Shown: positions 1 through 8,559, counted from the first letter of the stretch. The stretch is DNA of 64,000 nt from Meiothermus sp. (GCA_037440185.1 JBBIUP010000001.1:17729-81728), one strand, 5' to 3'. Translations and numbers: made by a program. Notes: generated by a model not told the origin, from the letters alone.

Positions 1-2
1 GA

Positions 3-338
3 GGTCTGGTCTCGAGCTGGCTGGCCCTGCGCAATCCCGACCTCTTTCAAAAGGTCGCCACCCAGTCGGCCTGCCTGACCGCCTCGCCCGAGGGGGGCGA
101 CTCCTTTACCGACCCCGAGTGGCTCGCCGAACGGTACCTGGCTTCAGAAATCCTACCTTTGCGCTTCTACTGCGAAACCGGCCAGATCGAGTGGTTGCTG
201 GCCCCCAACCGCCGCTTTGCCGCCATGCTGAGCGATAAGGGCTACCGCCACACCTACTTAGAGCGTCCTTCCGGCCACAACTGGATGACCTGGCGGCAGG
301 GGCTGGCCCCGGCCCTGGCGTACCTGTTCGGTCACTAA
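3..338 (+). CDS. Alpha/beta-hydrolase, esterase (Fes-like) family; 5'-truncated by the window edge
   Basis: Open frame from base 3: GLVSSWLALRNPDLFQKVATQSAC...HTYLERPSGHNWMTWRQGL, TAA at 336-338. GH-x-W His motif is typical of the esterase family. Confidence 0.75.
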   Translation, partial: GLVSSWLALRNPDLFQKVATQSACLTASPEGGDSFTDPEWLAERYLASEILPLRFYCETGQIEWLLAPNRRFAAMLSDKGYRHTYLERPSGHNWMTWRQGLAPALAYLFGH

Positions 339-359
339 GCCCATGATAGGCTGGAGTTT

Positions 360-1055
360 ATGGAGTTTGGTTCCGCAATTGTAGCCATTTTAATTATTGT
401 TGCACTCGAGGCAGTTTTATCTGTAGACAACGCCATGGTTCTGGCCGTGATGGTGCGGCCTTTGCCGGAACACCTGCGCTCGAAAGCCCTGCTCTATGGC
501 ATCATTGGCGCGTATGTGTTGCGTGGGCTGGCATTGCTGTTTGCCACGGTCATCATCCAGATCTGGTGGATTCAACTGTTGGGTGGCTTGTACCTGGTGT
601 ACCTGGCAGTCAATCATATTTTCCGCCGCAAACCCCACAGCGACTCAGACCAGAACCGCCTACAGCAAGCAGCCGCCGCCAGTTTCTGGCGCATCGTGAT
701 CATGATTAACATAGTTGACCTGGCCTTTGCAGTGGACTCGGTACTGGCGGTGGTGGCCTTCAGCCGGGAGTTCTGGGTGATCTTTACCGGGGTAGCCATC
801 GGTATTTTGCTCATCCGGCTGGCTGCCGGCATCATGGTCACCATTATTGAGCGCTACCCCCGGCTCGAGACGGTGGCCTATGCGGTGGTAGGCTGGGCCG
901 GCCTCAAACTATTCCTAGAGGGCTGGGGCCACGCCAGCGAGGTCTGGCTGCACCGCCCCGAGTTGGCCCTGCATCTGCCCCAGGCTTTTTTCCTCAGCGT
1001 GACCCTGGCCATCCTGGCCTTTGGCAGCCTGTGGTCTTTGCGCCGTTCCGCCTAA
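360..1055 (+). CDS. TerC family integral membrane protein (YkoY/Alx-like Mn exporter)
   Basis: Motifs LEAVLSVDNAMVL, DLAFAVDSVLA; multiple TM segments; GGAG RBS. Confidence 0.9.
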   Translation: MEFGSAIVAILIIVALEAVLSVDNAMVLAVMVRPLPEHLRSKALLYGIIGAYVLRGLALLFATVIIQIWWIQLLGGLYLVYLAVNHIFRRKPHSDSDQNRLQQAAAASFWRIVIMINIVDLAFAVDSVLAVVAFSREFWVIFTGVAIGILLIRLAAGIMVTIIERYPRLETVAYAVVGWAGLKLFLEGWGHASEVWLHRPELALHLPQAFFLSVTLAILAFGSLWSLRRSA

Positions 1056-1061
1056 AGCATC

Positions 1062-1607
1062 ATGCCCAAAGACTGGGATACCTACTACCTCAACCATCTA
1101 CCCCAGAGCCGGCCGGCCCAGGTGGTGGCGGCCTATGCCCACCGACTCCCAACCGGCTTGGTACTCGACTTAGCTGGAGGCATGGGCCGCAACGCCTTTT
1201 TTATGGCCCACCGGGGGCATCCGGTGTTCTTGCTCGAGCAAAGCCGGGTGGCGCTCGAGTTCGTCCAGCGCGAAGCCAGCCGTCAGCAGCTTCAGGTCTG
1301 GGCGCTTTGGGCCAACCTGGAAGCCCCCTCCCCCAGCCTGCCCCCTGGCCCGCTGGCCGGTATCGTCAAGTCGTACTTCCTGCACCGCCCCTTGTTGGAA
1401 TTGTTCGCCGAGCGGCTGATGCCCGGCGGTCTGGTGCTCCTCGAGGGTTTCACCGTAGAGGAGGCCTGGCAGCGCGGCAGCCAGACTCTGCACTACTGGC
1501 AGCCCGGCGAACTCCTGCACCCGCCCCAGGGTCTGGAGCTACGGGCCTGGGCCGAGGGCTCTATGGAAGGCCACCACCGTACCTGGGCGGTGTGGCACAA
1601 GCCCTGA
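1062..1607 (+). CDS. Class I SAM-dependent methyltransferase (TehB-like)
   Basis: VLDLAGGMGRNA SAM motif I; YFLHRPL and LMPGGLVLLE motifs. Confidence 0.85.
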   Translation: MPKDWDTYYLNHLPQSRPAQVVAAYAHRLPTGLVLDLAGGMGRNAFFMAHRGHPVFLLEQSRVALEFVQREASRQQLQVWALWANLEAPSPSLPPGPLAGIVKSYFLHRPLLELFAERLMPGGLVLLEGFTVEEAWQRGSQTLHYWQPGELLHPPQGLELRAWAEGSMEGHHRTWAVWHKP

Positions 1608-1677
1608 ACCCTGACCACCCTATCGGGAATCGTAGCCTCATGCGCTTTTCATCTGAAAAAGAGTGCTACCCTACTCT

Positions 1678-1812
1678 CTGGTTGGGGAGTAACCACCCTC
1701 GAGGTCAGTCCAGGCTGGCAAAGCTGGAACCTCTTTGGGGTATGATTAATCGTCAATACGAAGCAACCGCTTCCGGTTAATCAGGGTACGTAGCCTGGGT
1801 GAGACCACCACG
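1678..1812 (+). ncRNA. yybP-ykoY (Mn2+-sensing) riboswitch
   Basis: Hallmark segments GGGGAGTAAC (1684), CGTCAATAC (1751), CCGG and GGTGAGACC (1798), directly upstream of a TerC gene; -10-like TACCCT at 1667-1672. Confidence 0.85.
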
Positions 1813-1868
1813 ACACGAAAAGGCCGTGGTGGCTTCGTATTTTTGCCTAGCCACGGCCAGGGGTGCCC

Positions 1869-2612
1869 ATGGAACAACTTGGACAAGCGCTGATTGTTAT
1901 TGGAATCCTGATTGTCTTGGAGGCGGTACTCTCTGCCGACAACGCGATGGTGCTGGGGGTGATGGTCAAGCAACTACCCCACCCCTGGCGGCAGCGGGCT
2001 CTGTTTTATGGCATTGCTGGGGCCTATATCTTGCGCGGCCTGGCCCTGGTCTTTGCGGTGTATCTGATTCAGTTCTGGTGGATTCAGGCCCTGGGTGCGG
2101 TTTACCTGCTCTTTATAGCCATCCGACACTTCAGCAAACCCAAGCCCAAAGAGGAAGTCCATCTCGATGCCGTCCAGACCCTCAAGGTAGTCACCCCGCG
2201 CCAATTCTGGACAATCGTAGCCCAAATAGAACTGGCCGACCTGGCCTTCGCGGTGGATTCGGTGTTGGTGGCGGTAGCACTTTCGAACAACATCTGGATC
2301 ATCTTTACCGGCGTGTTTATTGGCATCCTGGCCCTTCGCTTCGTGGCGGTGCTCTTTGTGGGTCTGTTGGAAAAATACCCGCGCTTCGAAGCAGTGGCCT
2401 TTGCGGTAGTAGGCTTTGCCGGGGTCAAGCTGGCTATCGGCGGCTGGGACAAGTTCACCAAGGAAGTCCTGAGCCGCCCGGAATGGGTCACAGGGATAGA
2501 CAAAACCCAGTTCTCGCTCTTTATTCTGGTAATTCTGGTACTGGGAACCATCTGGGCCATGAGCCAGAAACCTAAGAAACTCGAGGCTCAACCCATCAGC
2601 AGCGAACAGTAG
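1869..2612 (+). CDS. TerC family integral membrane protein (second paralog)
   Basis: LEAVLSADNAMVL, DLAFAVDSVL; downstream of the yybP-ykoY riboswitch. Start is ATG 1869 or GTG 1863. Confidence 0.9.
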   Translation: MEQLGQALIVIGILIVLEAVLSADNAMVLGVMVKQLPHPWRQRALFYGIAGAYILRGLALVFAVYLIQFWWIQALGAVYLLFIAIRHFSKPKPKEEVHLDAVQTLKVVTPRQFWTIVAQIELADLAFAVDSVLVAVALSNNIWIIFTGVFIGILALRFVAVLFVGLLEKYPRFEAVAFAVVGFAGVKLAIGGWDKFTKEVLSRPEWVTGIDKTQFSLFILVILVLGTIWAMSQKPKKLEAQPISSEQ

Positions 2613-2771
2613 CCAAGCTCCCCCCGAGCAAACAACCCTGCAGCGACCCCTGTCCGCCCGGAGCCATTCAAACAAGTGGAGATACTCTCCTTGGAAAGCG
2701 CTGCCTGCTCTAAGCTCCAATCCGTCTGCTGATCGCTTTCAGGATGGCGTAATTCTGGTAAGGTTTAGCCG

Positions 2772-4442
2772 ATGGTATTTGTTTTGGCAATCCTGGCCTA
2801 CCTGATTGGCTCGCTGCCGCTGGGCTACTGGGCGATACGCCGACTGACCGGGCAAGACCCGCGCCTGGCCTCAGCCTACAACCTGGGCCTCGAGAACACC
2901 CTCAAACTCCTGGGAACAGGCCCAGCCCTGCTGGCCTGGAGCCTGGACTTCCTCAAGGGTCTAACGGCAGTATGGATGGGTGGGCAGTTTGGGCTGTCCT
3001 GGGCAGTTGTTTTTGCACTTGTGGTCTACCTGGGGCATCTGTACCCTCCCCGGCTTTTTGCCGAAGGAGCGCTCTTGCGGGGGCGAGGGGCGGGGGTGTT
3101 GGCAGGAGTTGTCCTAGGCCTGCATCTGAGCGGGCTGCCCTACCTGCTTACCCTGGTGGTTTTGCTGGTAGCCGGTGTGGGCCTGTTCTTGAGCCGCTAT
3201 GGCTCGCTGGCCGCCATGTATATTCCAGCCACGCTGGCACTGTTGCTTACATTTGAACCCATTTCGGGTTGGGCCAAGCTGGCGGCCTGGGTTTTGCTGT
3301 TTGTGACGTTGTGGCGCTACAAGGAAAATATTGGGCGGATGCTGGAAGGCACCGAGCCTCGCCTGGGTGAACCTTTACCCCTTCCATCCGATAAACAGGT
3401 GGTGTGTGCCTTCATGATCCACCCCCTCACCATCGCCGATCTCTTCCAAAGCCCCCGTTTCCGTTGGGCTAAACCGCTGGTGAACCGGGGGCTAATCTCC
3501 CAAAGTCTGGTGGAAAACTTCGCCGCGGCCATCCGGCCCATGAAGATAGGGGAATTACGGGGGGTCAAGACCCACGATGGTCGTGAGATTCGCTGTCATC
3601 TGCTCTCGGCACCGTTGCTGCCCCATCAGATCAGCAGCAAGCCCGAACTCGCCACCCAGCGGGCCATCCAGGGAGCGCGGCTGGCCAAAGAATTGGGCTG
3701 CACGGTGGTGGGGCTGGGAGCCTTCTGGAGCGTGGTGGGCGAGAAAGGCCGCATCGTGCAGGAGGCCGTGCCGGATATCGAAGTCACCAATGGCGGAGCC
3801 TACACCGCCGGAACCGTCAAGGCCGCCATTCCCGGTATCCTGGCCCACTTCGAGCAGTCCGGGCTCAAGCTCAAAGACGCAACGGCCGCGGTGGTAGGGG
3901 CCAACGGCGTGGTGGCCTTTGGCATTGCCCGGCAGATTGCGCCTTTGGTTGGAAAGTTGATTCTGGTGGGGCGCAACATGGAGCGCCTGGAGAAGAGCGC
4001 CACCACCCTTAGGCAAAACTTGGAACGCAAGGGGCAGCCCGTGCCGCAGGTCGTGATCACCCTCGAAATGCCCGCCATCCGCGAGGCCGACCTGATCTTC
4101 ACCGCCACCTCCGACCCCCAACCGGTCATCTTCCCCCAGCACGTCAAGCCCGGTGCGTGGATCTACGACGAGGGCGTGCCGCCCGACGTGGACGAGTCGG
4201 TGAAGGGCGTACAGGGCGTTCGGGTGATCCCCGGCGGGGTGGTGCGGCCTCCGGGGGCCATGACCGGCAACATCAACCTGCACTTCGGCGAGGGGGCGGT
4301 GCCAGCGTGCCTGGCCGAGACCATGATCCTGGCTGCCGAAAAAGCGTATGAACGCAAGAGTCTGGGCGGCGAGACCAAGAGCGAGAACATCCAGTTCTTC
4401 GTCGAACGGGCTGAAGCACTGGGGTTCAGGGTGGTGGATTGA
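2772..4442 (+). CDS. Fusion of a PlsY-like membrane acyltransferase domain and an acyl-ACP reductase-like NAD(P)-binding domain (COG5322-like)
   Basis: N-term YLIGSLP, LDFLKG, GHLYP, ENIGRMLEGTE (PlsY fold). C-term AFMIHPL, GLGAFWS, TNGGAYT, AVVGANG, GGVV, PACLAETM (AAR-like, catalytic Cys kept). Confidence 0.8.
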   Translation: MVFVLAILAYLIGSLPLGYWAIRRLTGQDPRLASAYNLGLENTLKLLGTGPALLAWSLDFLKGLTAVWMGGQFGLSWAVVFALVVYLGHLYPPRLFAEGALLRGRGAGVLAGVVLGLHLSGLPYLLTLVVLLVAGVGLFLSRYGSLAAMYIPATLALLLTFEPISGWAKLAAWVLLFVTLWRYKENIGRMLEGTEPRLGEPLPLPSDKQVVCAFMIHPLTIADLFQSPRFRWAKPLVNRGLISQSLVENFAAAIRPMKIGELRGVKTHDGREIRCHLLSAPLLPHQISSKPELATQRAIQGARLAKELGCTVVGLGAFWSVVGEKGRIVQEAVPDIEVTNGGAYTAGTVKAAIPGILAHFEQSGLKLKDATAAVVGANGVVAFGIARQIAPLVGKLILVGRNMERLEKSATTLRQNLERKGQPVPQVVITLEMPAIREADLIFTATSDPQPVIFPQHVKPGAWIYDEGVPPDVDESVKGVQGVRVIPGGVVRPPGAMTGNINLHFGEGAVPACLAETMILAAEKAYERKSLGGETKSENIQFFVERAEALGFRVVD

Positions 4443-4444
4443 AG

Positions 4445-5197
4445 CTACTCGTGGCCCAGGAGGCCCCGCTTTCTAGCCGCTACATCGGCGCTTTGGAATA
4501 GAAATACCCCCAGGCCATAGACGGCCACTGTTCCCAGCGCCAGAAGTGCCCATCTGAACACTTCAACCGTACCACCCAGAAGTGTCTCTCTGATGACGCT
4601 TGCCCCCAGCACCAGTGGGAACCACTCGAGCAGTGGCAACTCGACTATCACCGCCGGAAAAACCATCAGTTGAACCAGCACGAAAATGTTGTTGACATCC
4701 TTGAAGAGCAACATTAAGGCACCAAACGCAAGCCCCAGGCCCAGTGCAGCAATCAAGAAGAGGACAAACGCCGGGATCACCTGCCAACTTAGCGTGTAAC
4801 TGATTTGGGTAATGTAGGCCAGTACAAAAAATAGCAGTCCAAACTGTACAAGGTTTAACCAGAATCGGGCGAGGGTCTGTACGACAAAAAATGCGGTCAA
4901 GCCCTGCCCCGACAAGACCATGTTCTCGAGGGTACCGGATTTGGCTTCTTTGCTTACCTGCGTGGCTGGATTGCTCATGATGCCAAGAGCGACCAGCCCC
5001 AGCAGATACCCAACCAGCAGCCGGGTAAGCTGGGCTTGGTTAGCAGTTGTGACCCCCGCAAGGTTGGCAAAACCCAGCAGCAAGTAAAAGATCAAGCCAA
5101 TAAGTATTAGCCCGAGCGCGAATTGGAGCGGGTAGCGCACCAGCTCGAGCCAGGCTCGCATAAACTCGGCCCAGATCAGGTTAGCCAGCCGGTGCAT
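4445..5197 (-). CDS. ABC-2 type exporter permease
   Basis: About 6 TM segments, KEAKSGTLENMVLS motif, C-terminal ARKRGLLG; AGGAG RBS before ATG 5197. Confidence 0.85.
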   Translation of the reverse strand: MHRLANLIWAEFMRAWLELVRYPLQFALGLILIGLIFYLLLGFANLAGVTTANQAQLTRLLVGYLLGLVALGIMSNPATQVSKEAKSGTLENMVLSGQGLTAFFVVQTLARFWLNLVQFGLLFFVLAYITQISYTLSWQVIPAFVLFLIAALGLGLAFGALMLLFKDVNNIFVLVQLMVFPAVIVELPLLEWFPLVLGASVIRETLLGGTVEVFRWALLALGTVAVYGLGVFLFQSADVAARKRGLLGHE

Positions 5198-6107
5198 GTT
5201 GCGACTCCTTTTTGGGGGCATAGGCTCTAAAGACCTCGGCCAGCTCCACTTCCCGCTTCTCGATGCCCTTGATCGGCCGGGGGCGCAGCAGGTTCATCAG
5301 CTCGTAAATTTGATCGGGGTTGTCCAGGGTGACTTCGAGCACGGTGCCCGACTCAGCCCACCTATTCTGGAATGGCAAATCCGGCAGTGTAGTGGGCTCT
5401 CGGAAAGTAATCCGATAACTTTGCACGGCAAACCTCTCCAAAAGCTCTTGTTTGGGTTTGTCCACAGCAATAATCCCATCGGCCAGGATAGCCACCCGCG
5501 TGCTCAGCCGAGCAGCCACCTCCATCTGATGGGTGGTCAGGAGAATGCCCTTACCACCCTTTGTCATCGCCAGGATTTGCTCCTCGAGCACCTCTGCCGC
5601 GTCAATGTCCAGACCCAGGGTAGGCTCATCCAGCAGGACGAACGGTGGGTCGTGGGCGATTGCAAGAGCAAAGGCCATCTTTGAAATCATGCCCTTGGAA
5701 AGGGTTTGGGTTGGTGCGTTCCGCTTCTCCCACAGACCCAGCAACTCCAAAAGGTACTTGGCCCGCTCGCCCGCCACCTTACCGGTCATACCCCGGACGA
5801 TGCAGGTATAGCGCAAGTTCTCGAGAGGTGTAAGTCGCGGATACAAGCCTCGGTTGGTGTCAATGAGTGCTCCCATCTGCGCCATGTACTCGCGTTGCCC
5901 AACCATGAATCCATTGATCACAACTGTACCTGCATCTGGAAGTACCAGACCGCAAATAGTACGTATGGTGGTGGTTTTCCCACTGCCGTTGCGCCCCAGA
6001 AGCGCCACGATCTCCCCCGTCTGCACCTGCAAGGAAACGTCGGTGAGCACCTTTACCACGTTGCTGCGGGAGCGATAGGTTTTTTGAATTGAATCTATTC
6101 TCAGCAT
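5181..6107 (-). CDS. ABC exporter ATP-binding subunit
   Basis: Walker A GRNGSGKT, signature LSKGM, Walker B LLDEPT; likely start ATG 6107 after AGGA. Confidence 0.9.
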   Translation of the reverse strand: MLRIDSIQKTYRSRSNVVKVLTDVSLQVQTGEIVALLGRNGSGKTTTIRTICGLVLPDAGTVVINGFMVGQREYMAQMGALIDTNRGLYPRLTPLENLRYTCIVRGMTGKVAGERAKYLLELLGLWEKRNAPTQTLSKGMISKMAFALAIAHDPPFVLLDEPTLGLDIDAAEVLEEQILAMTKGGKGILLTTHQMEVAARLSTRVAILADGIIAVDKPKQELLERFAVQSYRITFREPTTLPDLPFQNRWAESGTVLEVTLDNPDQIYELMNLLRPRPIKGIEKREVELAEVFRAYAPKKESQHAPAG

Positions 6108-6134
6108 TTGTTTTCCTGCCCGATCAGATTTTAT

Positions 6135-6161
6135 CGGTGTGGGGATATTCACCCCACACCG
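6135..6161. terminator. Perfect 10-bp hairpin between the peptide ORFs and the ABC ATPase (stabiliser or attenuator)
   Basis: CGGTGTGGGG-ATATTCA-CCCCACACCG; no U-tract follows on the minus strand. Confidence 0.6.
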
Positions 6162-6168
6162 TTGCTGT

Positions 6169-6234
6169 CTAGCACCATCCAAAGAAGCAAAAGATATGAT
6201 CCAACAAAGCTACAATATACTCACGAGTAATCAC
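6169..6234 (-). CDS. Putative 21-aa amphipathic peptide MITREYIVALLDHIFCFFGWC
   Basis: GGAGG RBS 4 nt before GTG; ends C-x4-C-stop. Alternative in-frame ATG at 6258 gives 29 aa. Confidence 0.6.
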   Translation of the reverse strand: MITREYIVALLDHIFCFFGWC

Positions 6235-6278
6235 ATAACCTCCATTGAATTTCCACATCAGACCAAAGGTTTAGCCAT

Positions 6279-6341
6279 CTAGCATCCCTGGGTTACCGCG
6301 CAGATAATTTCCGCAATTATACGAATAATAGCATCACGCAA
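6279..6341 (-). CDS. Putative 20-aa amphipathic peptide MRDAIIRIIAEIICAVTQGC
   Basis: Strong SD AAGGGGGTGA 7 nt before TTG; ends C-x5-C-stop. Confidence 0.6.
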   Translation of the reverse strand: MRDAIIRIIAEIICAVTQGC

Positions 6342-6377
6342 ACTGCATTCACCCCCTTTCTGAGGTACCTCGAGGGG

Positions 6378-6404
6378 ATATTAGCATCTTATTTTTTTTG
6401 TCAA
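6378..6404 (-). promoter_or_regulatory. Sigma-A-like promoter for the peptide/ABC operon
   Basis: TTGACA (6404-6399), short 15-nt spacer, extended -10 TGcTAATAT (6386-6378). Confidence 0.55.
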
Positions 6405-6461
6405 GTTGATGACCATATTTTGTTGGAAGGCAAACTAAAGTCAATGCTAAGATATTAAATC

Positions 6462-7130
6462 GTGTCCACTCCACCATTGCTCCTGCTATCTCCCACCCGC
6501 CTCGAGGCTCCCTTCCTCAAAGGCCAGAAGTTCGATTTTCACGGACGCGCGGGGCTGCGCGGGGCGGGCTGGGTCTGGCTCGAGTGCGGCATCGGCAAGG
6601 TCAACACCGCCGACACCCTGGCCGCTTTCGTCCAGCGGCGCAGGTTCGAGCGGGTGCTGCTCTTTGGCATTGCGGGGGCCTATGCCGACTCGGGCTTGCA
6701 GATAGGCGATTGCGCCCTGGCCGAGCGGGAGATTCAGGCCGACCTGGGGGTGCGGGATGGGGGCCTGAAGGGCCTGGGCTTCCCCAGCCTGGTGGTGGCC
6801 TCCAAGCCCTACCACAACCGCTTTCCGCTGGACAAAGCTTTTACAGACGAACTTAAGAGCAAACTGGGCCTGCCCGGCAAACAGTTCCTGACCCGCGACC
6901 TGGTCTCGGAGAACCCCAGCGAGGCCCGCCAGCTCGCGCGTAAATGGGAGGCCGACCTCGAGAACATGGAAGGCGCAGCCTTTGCCCAGACCTGCCTTTG
7001 GCTGGGGCTTGCCGGGGCCGAACTGCGCTCGATTTCAAACACCGCAGGCATCCGCGACAAGTCCCAGTGGCGCATCAAACAAGCCGTGGAGAGCCTCGAG
7101 TACCACATTTTGCGTATTATCGGATCATGA
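6462..7130 (+). CDS. mqnB: Futalosine hydrolase (menaquinone futalosine pathway)
   Basis: PNP/MTAN fold motifs GIGKVN, FGIAGAY, ENMEGAA, RSISN, W-x-IKQA; leaderless GTG after TAAGAT. Confidence 0.8.
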   Translation: MSTPPLLLLSPTRLEAPFLKGQKFDFHGRAGLRGAGWVWLECGIGKVNTADTLAAFVQRRRFERVLLFGIAGAYADSGLQIGDCALAEREIQADLGVRDGGLKGLGFPSLVVASKPYHNRFPLDKAFTDELKSKLGLPGKQFLTRDLVSENPSEARQLARKWEADLENMEGAAFAQTCLWLGLAGAELRSISNTAGIRDKSQWRIKQAVESLEYHILRIIGS

Positions 7131-7729
7131 TAGATATCACCCGCCCCATCTATCCAGGCGTTCCAGTATGGCCCGGAGACACCCCGTTTAGCTACCAACT
7201 GGTCTCACAGATTTCTGACGGTGACAGCGTGAACGTAGGCAAGATTTCCGGCACTGTTCACCTGGGCACCCACCTCGATGCGCCCTGGCACTACATAGAC
7301 GATGGAGGGAAGCTGGAAACCGTCCCGCTCCCGGTGCTCATTGGCCCCTGCCGGGTGGTGGATGCACGTGGACAGATCGCACTCACCGCCGAATTCCTCA
7401 AGACAGTACAACTTGCCGAGCGCACCCTGTTTTTCACTGGGCAGCCCAACCGCTGGGAGACTTTTCCATTGGAGTATATGCACGTCTTGCCCGAGTCTGC
7501 CGCGTATATGGCCAGCCAGGGTGTGCGGCTCTACGGCACCGATTGCCCCAGTGTGGACACGCTCAACTCCAAAGACCTTCCCGGCCACAAGGCGTTCGCC
7601 AGGGCCGGGGTGTACATCGTTGAAGGCTTGGCGCTTCAGGACGTAGCCCCCGGCGACTATGAGCTCATCTGCCTTCCACTGAGGCTTGAAGGGGCCGACG
7701 GTTCTCCAGTACGGGCGATGCTGCGTTAG
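7127..7729 (+). CDS. Cyclase family metal hydrolase (kynurenine formamidase-like)
   Basis: HLGTHLDAPWH motif, GTDCPSVD, GADGSPVRA; ATGA overlap with mqnB. Confidence 0.85.
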   Translation: MIDITRPIYPGVPVWPGDTPFSYQLVSQISDGDSVNVGKISGTVHLGTHLDAPWHYIDDGGKLETVPLPVLIGPCRVVDARGQIALTAEFLKTVQLAERTLFFTGQPNRWETFPLEYMHVLPESAAYMASQGVRLYGTDCPSVDTLNSKDLPGHKAFARAGVYIVEGLALQDVAPGDYELICLPLRLEGADGSPVRAMLR

Positions 7730-8406
7730 AAAGGAATCCCTGTCTCACCCACTTTCTGTAGTTCAGGAATTTTACCCTCCAAAACCCGCTTGACCTTGAT
7801 GAGATCGGCCACCAGGTTGGCTCGTGCATCCGGGTAGGCCTCGGGCGCGTGCTCTTGCAGGTGCATCAGGTAGTTGGGCTGGGGAATCGCCATCACAACC
7901 GGGTTGAGGGTCGTATCGCCCACAATCTTACGAAAGGGACTGGTCTCGGGCCAAGCCAGCCACCGACCGCCCTGCTGAGTGATCTTGAAGTCCTTGCCCA
8001 AGAAGTGCTGTGCCGTGGGGCCGCCCAGGCAGACCAGGGCTCTGGGCAGAAGGATTTCTAGCTCGAGCTTGAGCACCTTGCTCCAGGCCTTGATCTCGGC
8101 AGCGTTGGGGGTGCGGTTGACCTGAATTGCATGCTCCAACTTCCACGTCCAGACCTTGACGATGTTGGTGATGTAGAGGTCGTGGCGCTGCATCCCGGCT
8201 TCGCCCAGAAGCTGGTTGAGGATTTCCCCGGCTGACCCGGTATAAGGCCGCCCGCTCTGGTTGTCGGCTCCGCTGGGGCTGTGCCCGACCAAGATCACTG
8301 GGCTGTCGGGGTTGCCGTCGCCGGGCACCACCTGGATCACGCCCTCGGGTAGGGTCAACTCGAAAAGCTCGCGGTTGAGCTGGGCCAGTCGCTCCGACTT
8401 GCTCAT
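7726..8406 (-). CDS. Uracil-DNA glycosylase family 4-like protein with degenerate motifs
   Basis: PGDGNPDSPVILVG, GRPYTGSAGEIL, YITNIVK, NRTPN; leaderless ATG 6 nt after TACCAT. Confidence 0.75.
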   Translation of the reverse strand: MSKSERLAQLNRELFELTLPEGVIQVVPGDGNPDSPVILVGHSPSGADNQSGRPYTGSAGEILNQLLGEAGMQRHDLYITNIVKVWTWKLEHAIQVNRTPNAAEIKAWSKVLKLELEILLPRALVCLGGPTAQHFLGKDFKITQQGGRWLAWPETSPFRKIVGDTTLNPVVMAIPQPNYLMHLQEHAPEAYPDARANLVADLIKVKRVLEGKIPELQKVGETGIPF

Positions 8407-8559
8407 GGGCCAATGGTAGCGCGGGACGCGGATCGGCGCAGGGTATGGCTGCACTTTTGAAGGCGACCCCCAACGTTCGCAAGCCTCACAGAATTCTGTT
8501 TGTCACTGGCTTTTACTGTGCCCCTCTACATCAGGAAAATCGGGTTCACAAATCTAAAT

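Noticed and set aside
6108-6182. N-terminal extension of the ABC ATPase in the ORF track
   Set aside because: It overlaps peptide 2 and the hairpin; ATG 6107 has an RBS and fits the ATPase domain start.
6258-6278. Mini-ORF MAKPLV and a possible double-glycine leader (MWKFNGG) for peptide 2
   Set aside because: Too short for a GG leader, no C39 peptidase nearby, and GGAGG is better explained as the RBS.
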